Shown: positions 46,763-54,407 of the stretch, piece by piece
How positions within the stretch are numbered: the first letter of the stretch is position 1
Layout of the letters: each line of letters starts with the position of its first letter
Assembly: GCA_016235455.1 (NCBI GenBank)
Contig: JACRKZ010000082.1
Coordinates: forward strand, 1-64,000
DNA length: 64,000 nt
Reading direction: 5' to 3'
Origin: Armatimonadota bacterium
GTDB taxonomy: Bacteria > Armatimonadota > UBA10988
Made by a program: the position numbers and the translations under genes
The notes under the pieces: generated by a model
Databases searched by the model: none
What the model was told of the DNA's origin: nothing
Seen by the model: the letters and a program-made list of their open reading frames with translations, nothing else

Positions 46763-47461
46763 ATGACCAAGAAACGAGCTTTCACGCTCATCGAGCTGCT
46801 GGTGGTCATCGCCATCATCGCGATCCTCGCGGCAATCCTGTTCCCGGTGTTTGCCAAGGCCCGCGAGAAGGCTCGAACTGCCAGTTGCGCAAGCAATGAG
46901 AAGCAGATCGGCATCGCGCTGACGCAATACGTGCAGGACTACGACGAAATGTACCCGGCGCGCAACGACGCCCAGGGCATCTACTGGTCGCAGGTCATTC
47001 AGCCGTACGTCAAGAGCACGCAGACCTTTGCCTGCCCGTCGAACACCTACAACGCCAACGCGAGCGTCGGCGTGATCCAGGGCTATCCGGCCATCCCGCG
47101 CTCCTATGGCATCAATGAGCGCGTCTGTGTGCAGTCGTTGGCCTCGATAAACGCTCCGGCGCAGAAGATCATCGTGGCTGAGATCGCCCGTCAGAACTGG
47201 AACGACGTTGGCAGCAACTGGTGGAGCGGCACCGGCAACTGGGACCAGCTCTTCGCCGGCCACAACCAGATGGCCAACTACCTGTTCTGCGACGGCCACG
47301 TCAAGCTCATGAAGCCGACCGCCACCATGGCCAGCTTCAACATGTGGGGTTGGTTCAACGCGGGTGGTCCTGGCGACCCCGGTGGCGCCGGGCGCATCAA
47401 CGACGACACCGTCTACCCGAACCCGCTCACCGGGCTCAAGAACCTCGAGAACCTGTACTGA
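46763..47461 (+). CDS. DUF1559 prepilin-type protein (copy 2, near-identical to copy 1)
   Basis: Same 699-nt length as copy 1 and about 10 aa differences. AAGGAG RBS. Confidence 0.93.
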   Translation: MTKKRAFTLIELLVVIAIIAILAAILFPVFAKAREKARTASCASNEKQIGIALTQYVQDYDEMYPARNDAQGIYWSQVIQPYVKSTQTFACPSNTYNANASVGVIQGYPAIPRSYGINERVCVQSLASINAPAQKIIVAEIARQNWNDVGSNWWSGTGNWDQLFAGHNQMANYLFCDGHVKLMKPTATMASFNMWGWFNAGGPGDPGGAGRINDDTVYPNPLTGLKNLENLY

Positions 47462-47570
47462 TCTGCTAGCTGCCGTCCGCCCAGCGGACCAGCCAAGGCA
47501 CAGCGCCCGCGGTCATTGACTGCCGGGCGCTGTTGCATTTGGGCCGGATTCGATCTACCGTCGGGCCATC

Positions 47571-49802
47571 ATGACTTACCCACAACGCCTGGCCATACTC
47601 CGCGCGAACAAGCTGGAGCAGGTGCGCCGGAAGCTGGAACTGAGCGGACCGCGCGACGCCGACGAGCAGGGCATGGTGCCACTGCCCGACGAGGCGGCCG
47701 AGATCGTTGAGGCCGTCAGCGGCTCCGGCGTGGCGGTGCGCGATGTCATCCTGCGCGGCTTCGAGCCCAAGGCCAACCACCTCAGCGGCGGGTTCTTCGG
47801 CCCGGCGGCCTGCGGCGCCAACTTCCGCCGGCTGCTCGACGCGCACCCGGTCTACCTGCACCCGGCCAACGCCATGGCCGGCGTGTATATGGTCAACTTC
47901 CTCTCCTACCGCCGGCCGCACTGGAACCCCGACTACGACTTCTCCGAGCTTCACGCCGAACAGGCCTTGTACAAGCTCGACGCGGGCATCGGCGGTGTGC
48001 AGCACTTCTGCCCTGACCTGGCCATCGGCCTCGAGCTCGGCTGGGGCGGCTTGTTGGCCAAGGTCGACGCTCATCGGCCCGAGCATCCCGAGGCCGCGGG
48101 GTTCTACGACGGGCTGGAGTCGGTCATCGTCGGCGTGCAAGGCTGGATCGCCCGACATGCGGTCGCGGCGCGCGAACAGGCAGCGGCGTGCAAGCAGGCA
48201 GCGGCGCGCGAGCAGGCCACCGGTGACCCGACATACACGGACAACCTGCTGGCCATCGCCGAGGCCTGCGAGCACATCGTCTCCGCGCCGCCGGCGACGT
48301 TCCGCGAGGCCTGCCAGTGGCTGGTCTTCTTCCAGGCCGTGGCCAAGATGTACAACGGCAGCGGCGAGTGGGGGCAGCTCGACGAGCTGCTGCGCCCCTA
48401 CTACGAGGCCGACCGCGCTGCCGGGCGGCTGGACGACGACGAAGCCGTGTTCTATCTGGCGTGCCTGCTGCTCAGCGAAACCGCTTACATCCAACTCGGC
48501 GGCCGCGCGGCCGATGGGCACGATCTGAGCAGCCGGGTCTCGCACCTGGTGCTCGAAGCCGCGCACCAGCTCGCCACGCCGTGCAACATCGGCGTGCGCG
48601 TGGGCAGCGCGTGCAGCGCCGACCTGCTCAGCGCGGGCGTGGCCAAGGTCTTCCGCGACCGCGACGGCTGCCCCAAGTTCATCGGCGACGACGCGGTGAA
48701 CGCGGGCTTCGAGCGGCTCGGCTACAGCCCCGAGACGGCCCGCTCGCGCACCTTCTCCGGCTGCCACTGGCTGGCCGTGCCGGGCCGCGAGTACGGCATG
48801 GCCGACATGATCAAGATCGACCTGGCCCAGATCCTCGACGTCGCGTTGCGAGATGTCGAGTCGGCGCCGGCGCCCAGCGTCGACCTGCTATGGCAACGCT
48901 TCGAGCACCATCTGCAGCGCTCGGCGGCGACCATCGCCGCGGGCATCGACGTGCATCTGGCACACATGGGCGAGGTCTTCCCCGAGCTGGTGCTCGACCT
49001 GTTCTGCCACGGGCCGGTGGAGCGTGGGCTCGATGCCTCGGCCGGCGGGGTCGACTTCTACACCATCTGTGTCGACGGCGCCAGCCTGGCCACGGTGGCC
49101 GACTCCTTCGCCGCGCTCGAGCAGCGCGTGGAGACCGAAGGGCGAATGAGCTGGACCGAGTTGCTGCGCCATCTGGACGCCAACTGGTCTGGGCCCGACG
49201 GCGAACGCGCGCGGGCCATGATGCGCGGCATCCGGCGCTTTGGCAGCGGCGGCTCGCTGGCCGACACATGGGCCGAGCGCATCTCCGCGACCTTCACGCG
49301 CATGGTGGCCGGCCCCACGCCGGGCGGCGCAACCATGGTGCCGGGCCTGTTCTCCTGGGCCAAGGTCATCGACTTCGGCAAGCGGCTGCGCGCCACGCCC
49401 AACGGCCGGCGCGCGGGCGAGCCGGTGTCGCACGGGCCCAACCCCGAGGCCGGCTGCAACGGTGGCCTGCCGGGCACACCCTCGCAAATGGCCAGCGCCG
49501 TGGCACGCGTGCAGCCGGGCTACGGCAACACCGCACCGCTGCAACTGGACATGGACCCCGGCGTTGGCGACACCGGGGCCGGCCGCCAGCGCGTCGAGGC
49601 GCTGCTGCGCGCGCATTTCGAGCTGGGCGGCACGATGATCAACCTCAACGTCATGGATCGTGAGGCCTTGCTGGCGGCCCTGGCCGAGCCCGAGCACCAT
49701 CCCGACCTGATCGTTCGCGTGACCGGCTTCAGCGCGTACTTCGCCAGTTTGTCCGATGAGCTGAAGCGGTATGTGATTGACCGTGTGGTGGGCGAGCAGT
49801 AA
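47571..49802 (+). CDS. Glycyl radical enzyme (PFL superfamily), unknown substrate
   Basis: GQLDELLRPYY, SGCHW Cys loop, ATPNGRRAGEPVS, C-terminal PDLIVRVTGFSAYF glycyl motif. Confidence 0.88.
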   Translation: MTYPQRLAILRANKLEQVRRKLELSGPRDADEQGMVPLPDEAAEIVEAVSGSGVAVRDVILRGFEPKANHLSGGFFGPAACGANFRRLLDAHPVYLHPANAMAGVYMVNFLSYRRPHWNPDYDFSELHAEQALYKLDAGIGGVQHFCPDLAIGLELGWGGLLAKVDAHRPEHPEAAGFYDGLESVIVGVQGWIARHAVAAREQAAACKQAAAREQATGDPTYTDNLLAIAEACEHIVSAPPATFREACQWLVFFQAVAKMYNGSGEWGQLDELLRPYYEADRAAGRLDDDEAVFYLACLLLSETAYIQLGGRAADGHDLSSRVSHLVLEAAHQLATPCNIGVRVGSACSADLLSAGVAKVFRDRDGCPKFIGDDAVNAGFERLGYSPETARSRTFSGCHWLAVPGREYGMADMIKIDLAQILDVALRDVESAPAPSVDLLWQRFEHHLQRSAATIAAGIDVHLAHMGEVFPELVLDLFCHGPVERGLDASAGGVDFYTICVDGASLATVADSFAALEQRVETEGRMSWTELLRHLDANWSGPDGERARAMMRGIRRFGSGGSLADTWAERISATFTRMVAGPTPGGATMVPGLFSWAKVIDFGKRLRATPNGRRAGEPVSHGPNPEAGCNGGLPGTPSQMASAVARVQPGYGNTAPLQLDMDPGVGDTGAGRQRVEALLRAHFELGGTMINLNVMDREALLAALAEPEHHPDLIVRVTGFSAYFASLSDELKRYVIDRVVGEQ
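48165..48218 (+). repeat. 3 x 18-nt in-frame tandem repeat inside the glycyl radical enzyme
   Basis: GCGGCGCGCGAACAGGCA / GCGGCGTGCAAGCAGGCA / GCGGCGCGCGAGCAGGCC, encoding AAREQA AACKQA AAREQA. Confidence 0.75.
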
Positions 49803-49876
49803 GTAGGAAGGGATCGGCGGCCGTTCATGGAATAGCCATGCGAAGGCGCCTCCTCGGCCGCCTCAGGGGACTTCGC

Positions 49877-50542
49877 ATGAACGCAAGACCGTCGATGACG
49901 ACTCGGGAGCTGCTGCTGTCGGCCGTGGCGGTGGCCGTTCTGAGCACCGCGCTATGGCCCGCGATCCGCCAGGTTCGCGAGCACGCCGAGGCCGATGACC
50001 AGTGCCGGACCAACCTCAAGCAGGTCGCCCTGGGCGTGCTGATGTACTCGGAAGACTACGACTCGAAGCTACCCGCCGAGAGCCAGGCGGGCACCCAGCC
50101 GCAGGACTGGCGCGACGCGATCTACCCATACATTAAGAACGACGAGGTGCTGCAGTGCCCGCTGTGGCAAGGCGAGAAGCGCTCCAGCTACGGGTACAAC
50201 GGCTTCTACCTGAGCTACCGCAGGCGCGGTCGGATGGACGCCCCGGCCCAGACGGTCCTGCTCTGCGATGCCGGGCGCGACGACGCTGGTGAGACGCTCA
50301 AGAAGTACTACCACGTCGACCCACCGGCCATGGCCACGCACAAGTGGGTCGTGCGGCCCGACTTCAGGCACCAAGGCTGCAACGTCGCTTACGTCGATGG
50401 CCACGTCAAGCTGACGCCGACTGGCGACTTCTACCCCAGCACCGTCGCTGAGGGCGGCACCTGGAAGGGCGATGCCAAGAACCCGCCCAACCTCAAGAAG
50501 CCACCGGCGGTGGACCGCTGGTGGAGCGGCAACGGCAAGTGA
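49877..50542 (+). CDS. DUF1559-like pilin protein with a degenerate N-terminal motif
   Basis: SMTTRELL..., CRTNLKQVALGVLMYSEDYD, IYPYIKN...CP, RHQGCNVAYVDGHVK. Confidence 0.8.
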   Translation: MNARPSMTTRELLLSAVAVAVLSTALWPAIRQVREHAEADDQCRTNLKQVALGVLMYSEDYDSKLPAESQAGTQPQDWRDAIYPYIKNDEVLQCPLWQGEKRSSYGYNGFYLSYRRRGRMDAPAQTVLLCDAGRDDAGETLKKYYHVDPPAMATHKWVVRPDFRHQGCNVAYVDGHVKLTPTGDFYPSTVAEGGTWKGDAKNPPNLKKPPAVDRWWSGNGK

Positions 50543-50712
50543 CGTCTGTCAATGCAGACACGCGCCCGGGCCGCGCCGGAGCACCATCTGGCCGGGCGGA
50601 ATGGCGCTCTACAGCGGACATCAAGCGCTGGCGCCGCTACGCCAAGCTCCAACTCTCATCGTTACCCACAAGTGCCGGTCGGGGCTGTGATGTCCAGATC
50701 AGCGCTGCCAGT

Positions 50713-50835
50713 GCCGGTACGCCAATCTCCAGATTGGCATCGGCCGGAGGCGAAGCCGCAGGTCGACATCGCGGCGGACCGGTGGCCAACGGTGGTCCTT
50801 CGGACCACTGCCAATCTGGAGATTGGCGTACCGGC
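50713..50835. repeat. 27-bp inverted repeat pair with internally palindromic units (REPIN-like, family B)
   Basis: GCCGGTACGCCAATCTCCAGATTGGCA at 50713-50739 and its exact reverse complement at 50809-50835. Degenerate copy at 50633-50654. Confidence 0.9.
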
Positions 50836-50970
50836 GTTAGCACCTGATGACCGGTGTGCAATCGGCATTCGATTCCATCCCCGACCACCGCCCACCAGAA
50901 CGCCGAATCAGTTGCGTCCGTGGTCGGCCCGCCCGGCGCGCGGGAGCCATAGCCAAGGCCGACGCGGATC

Positions 50971-50990
50971 TGCTATAACTCCCCGAGGAG
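50971..50990 (+). promoter_or_regulatory. Extended -10-like element and RBS of the NPCBM glycosidase
   Basis: TGCTATAACT then GAGGAG upstream of ATG 51002. Confidence 0.45.
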
Positions 50991-51001
50991 CGCAGCTAAC
51001 C

Positions 51002-53635
51002 ATGCGGTACCTCATCTGCGTCGTATTGGCAACGTTTGTTCAGGTGGCCTGGGCGCAGCCGGCCGGCCCGGCGCGGGGCGCGATCACCTTGCGCTCGGCC
51101 AGCCCCGAGCTGGATGCCGGGTTCGCCTGGGCGAGGGCGCGTGCGCTAAGCCTGGTGCGCACGGGTCAGCAGCCGGACTACGTCCCCTGCTACTTCGCCG
51201 CCATGTCCGACCGCGAGTTCTGCGTGCGGGACACCGCGCACATGGCCGAAGGCGCGCATCTGCTGGGGCTGGATGCCGAGAACTGGTCGATGCTGCGCGC
51301 CTTCGCCTGGGGCGCCAACCGCCGCGTGAAGCAGGACCTGCATTGGCCGCGCTGGCACTACCCGTACACCGGCGGCGCGAGTGACGACCTGGGCAGTTGC
51401 CAGTGGCGCACGCTGCCGACCCCCTACGATATGGCCTGGCGGGCCTGGCAGCAGTACCTGTGGACCGGCGACCGCCGGTGGGTCGACGACCCGGAGATGG
51501 TGAGCTACCACACCAACCTGCACGGCGCCTTCACCGCCAATCAGAACTGGAACGACGACCCGGTGGCCGACGAGATGCAGCAGTTGGCCTCGTACTTCGA
51601 GTTCCCGGCGGCCGGCGAGCACTTCGTCAGCGCGGGCGACGCGGTCGGCTGCCAGTATCAGGCGCTGCTGGCCACCGCCGGCCTGATGGCCGCGCGCGGC
51701 GACGACAAGCAGGCTGGCGCCTACCGCCAGAAGGCCACCGAGTTGCGCGCCTGGTTCGAGACCAACTGGTTCGACCCGGCCACCGGTCACTACGTCCGCG
51801 GCGTCGACCGGTTCGGCGGCTTCCGCTCCGATTGGGGTCGCGAGAACAGCTACTTCATGCCGCTCACGCTGATCACCGACCAGGGTCCGCACACCGCGGC
51901 GTACCTGGACTTCATCGAGGCGAGCCTGATCCGCGACCCGCTGAACATCGAGGCCACGACCTACCTGCCCGAACTGTTCTACCAGCATGGCCGGACGGAG
52001 ACCGCCTGGAAGAGCCTGATGTCGGTCTACCGGACGCGCCATGGCTACCCGGAAGTGGCCTTCACCTGCGTGGGCAACACCATCGCCGGGCTGATGGGCG
52101 TCACGCCCGACGCACCGCGGCACGCGCTGGCCACGCTGGCGCAACTACCCGCGGAGCTGCCGTGGGTCGAGGCCGAGCAGGTGCCCGTCGGCGCGAACCA
52201 CATCGCGCTGCGCCATGACGGCAACCGCCGCAGCACGCTGCGCAACACCGCCGGCCCGGCGCTGACCTGGACCGCGCGCTTCCGGGGCAACTTCGCCAGC
52301 CTGAGCGTGGCCGGCCGCGCTCAGGCGGCCAAAGCCACCACGCACAACGGCTTCACCATCACCGCGGCCACGGTCACCGTGGCTCCGGGCCAGTCGGTGA
52401 CCGTCGAGGTGGTCGGCGGGCCCGGCGTGGAGTTGCCGGCGCCGCCTTCGCCGACCCTGACCGAGGGGCCGCGTCCGCCCGCGCCGACTCCCGGCAGCCA
52501 CTCGCTGACCGAGCTGACGCCCCGCTACGCGCGCTCGGCCACGGGCGAGCCGGTGCAGTCGGACAAGGGCCAGCCGCTGCACCTGGGTGCCCTGACCGCC
52601 GAGCACGGCTTGGTGGCGCGCGGCGTCTCGGCCATCCGCTTCGACCTGCACGGGCAGTACGCGCGCTTTGTCTGCGATGTGGGCTATGAGAACCCCGCCG
52701 AGGCCCGCGGCGCGGCGGAGTTTGTGATCCATGGCGGCACGCGCGCCGGCCGGCTGCTGTATGCCAGCGGGCCACTGGCCGGCAAGGCGCGGCTGGGCGT
52801 GCGGCACATCAGCCTGGATGTGAGCGCGTGCGACTACCTGATCCTGGGGGCCAAGGACGCCGGGGGTGGCGGTTTCGACGACCGCATCGTGTGGGGCAAC
52901 CCGCGCCTGCTGGCCAAGGGCGGCACCTTGGCCAGCAGGCCACCGGCGGCGCCGCAAGGGCTGAAGACCGCGCGGCTGGACCACAGCAGCGTCGACCTGG
53001 CCTGGCCGGCGGTGCCTGGCGCCGCTGGCTACGACATCTACCAGGGCGAACTGAGCGTCGGCAGCAGCACGCAGCCGAGCCTGCGCGTGGACGGCCTGTC
53101 GCCCAACCAGAAGTACACCTTCACGGTCAAGGCCTGGGATGCCGACGGCAACGTGTCGGTGGCCGGCGCGCCGCTGAGCGTAAGCACGCCGCTGCCGCCG
53201 GACCTGGTCTACCTGAGCGACCTGACCTGGGCCTCAGCAGTCGCCAGCTTCGGAACAACCCAGCGCGACCGCAGCATCGACTCTCACCCGCTGCGCCTGC
53301 GTGGCACGCTTCACGAGCGCGGGCTCGGTACGCACGCGACCAGCACCATCGTCTACGATCTGGCGGCGCTGGGCCGCGGGTACGACCGGTTCCAAGCCTC
53401 GGTTGGCATCGATGACGAGATCCGCGAGGCCGGCTCGGTGGTGTTCCAGGTGTTTGTCGACGGCGAGAAGCGGTACGACAGTGGGGTCGTCACATCAGCC
53501 ACGGCGGCGCAGGCGGTGAGCGTGGCGGTGCGTGGCGCAAAGGAACTGAAGCTGGTGGTCACCGACGGCGGCGACGGCATCTCGAGCGACCACGCCGACT
53601 GGGCCTCAGCACGGCTGACCAACGGCGGTGGCTAG
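51002..53635 (+). CDS. Secreted six-hairpin glycosidase-like protein + NPCBM/NEW2 + FN3 + NPCBM/NEW2
   Basis: Signal peptide; FCVRDTAH, YPEVAF; FN3 (GLSPNQKYTFTVKAWD); NPCBM (YLSDL...GLGTHA...DGISSDHADW). Confidence 0.75.
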   Translation: MRYLICVVLATFVQVAWAQPAGPARGAITLRSASPELDAGFAWARARALSLVRTGQQPDYVPCYFAAMSDREFCVRDTAHMAEGAHLLGLDAENWSMLRAFAWGANRRVKQDLHWPRWHYPYTGGASDDLGSCQWRTLPTPYDMAWRAWQQYLWTGDRRWVDDPEMVSYHTNLHGAFTANQNWNDDPVADEMQQLASYFEFPAAGEHFVSAGDAVGCQYQALLATAGLMAARGDDKQAGAYRQKATELRAWFETNWFDPATGHYVRGVDRFGGFRSDWGRENSYFMPLTLITDQGPHTAAYLDFIEASLIRDPLNIEATTYLPELFYQHGRTETAWKSLMSVYRTRHGYPEVAFTCVGNTIAGLMGVTPDAPRHALATLAQLPAELPWVEAEQVPVGANHIALRHDGNRRSTLRNTAGPALTWTARFRGNFASLSVAGRAQAAKATTHNGFTITAATVTVAPGQSVTVEVVGGPGVELPAPPSPTLTEGPRPPAPTPGSHSLTELTPRYARSATGEPVQSDKGQPLHLGALTAEHGLVARGVSAIRFDLHGQYARFVCDVGYENPAEARGAAEFVIHGGTRAGRLLYASGPLAGKARLGVRHISLDVSACDYLILGAKDAGGGGFDDRIVWGNPRLLAKGGTLASRPPAAPQGLKTARLDHSSVDLAWPAVPGAAGYDIYQGELSVGSSTQPSLRVDGLSPNQKYTFTVKAWDADGNVSVAGAPLSVSTPLPPDLVYLSDLTWASAVASFGTTQRDRSIDSHPLRLRGTLHERGLGTHATSTIVYDLAALGRGYDRFQASVGIDDEIREAGSVVFQVFVDGEKRYDSGVVTSATAAQAVSVAVRGAKELKLVVTDGGDGISSDHADWASARLTNGGG

Positions 53636-53808
53636 CCCGACTCCAGGTCCTTGGCCAGTTCCTCTGGGGACACCTCAACCAGCCGGCCATCGCGCCAGAC
53701 CAGGATCGGCTGGCCCATCACGATGTGCTCGCCGACGACGCGACGTCGGATCTCCGCGAACGCGGCAGTCCACAACGTCTCATCGGAGAGGCGCTCATCG
53801 GTACTCAT
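53632..53808 (-). CDS. Small conserved-looking partner of the zeta-like ATPase (putative antitoxin)
   Basis: 58 aa, starting 7 nt downstream of the ATPase stop; H..MGQPILVWRDGRLVEVSPEE pattern. Confidence 0.65.
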   Translation of the reverse strand: MSTDERLSDETLWTAAFAEIRRRVVGEHIVMGQPILVWRDGRLVEVSPEELAKDLESG

Positions 53809-53815
53809 CGACGGG

Positions 53816-54406
53816 TCAAAGCCCGGCGGCGGCCAAGCTTTGCCGCCAGATGTCATCGTCGACAACCGTAGTCTCCGTTGCCGTGCCCGTGGCCACCAGT
53901 CGCACGGCGCTCGTATCTGTATTATCGTACATCCGCCACGTCGTGGCCAGAGGGCGGTAGAGACTGTGGAAGTTGGCCAGCCCGGTCTCATAGCGCCGCC
54001 GCACCACGTCGGGTGGCACATCGTGCCCGCCAGCGGCCACGCGCTGGCGTACGCGTTCCACGGCCAGTTCGGCGCTCGGTAGCCAGAGGAACACCAGATG
54101 CACGGCGTAGCCCGAGGCGGCCATGCGCCGCAGCCGGTGGGCGAAGTTCCGTGCCGACAGCGTCGTCTCGAGCGCGAAGCTGGCCCGTTGCGCCTCCAAC
54201 TCGTCAAGCCGCTCCAGCATGAGCCGGCCAGCGCGCAACGACACCTGGTCGGGTGAGAATCCCGACAGGCCCTGGGCGATGGTATCCGCGTTGACGAAGA
54301 TGCGGATGCCCAGCAACTCGACCACCAGCAGCGGCGCCGCTGTGGTCTTCCCGGCCCCATTGGGCCCCGCCAGCACCAGGACGATCGGCGCCTTGCCCTC
54401 GCTCAT
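53816..54406 (-). CDS. Zeta-toxin-like P-loop ATPase/kinase
   Basis: LAGPNGAGKTT, FVNADTIA, FALETTLS, RV..GGHDVP...RRY, YDN. Confidence 0.85.
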   Translation of the reverse strand: MSEGKAPIVLVLAGPNGAGKTTAAPLLVVELLGIRIFVNADTIAQGLSGFSPDQVSLRAGRLMLERLDELEAQRASFALETTLSARNFAHRLRRMAASGYAVHLVFLWLPSAELAVERVRQRVAAGGHDVPPDVVRRRYETGLANFHSLYRPLATTWRMYDNTDTSAVRLVATGTATETTVVDDDIWRQSLAAAGL

Positions 54407-54407
54407 C

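Noticed and set aside
45790-47461. Near-identical pilin copies as a diversity-generating retroelement (TR/VR)
   Set aside because: No reverse transcriptase in the window. Differences are spread out, largely synonymous and not adenine-specific, and both copies are full ORFs.
50552-51001. 150-aa N-terminal extension of the NPCBM glycosidase ORF
   Set aside because: It reads through REP-like repeats. The true start at 51002 has an RBS, a -10-like element and a signal peptide.
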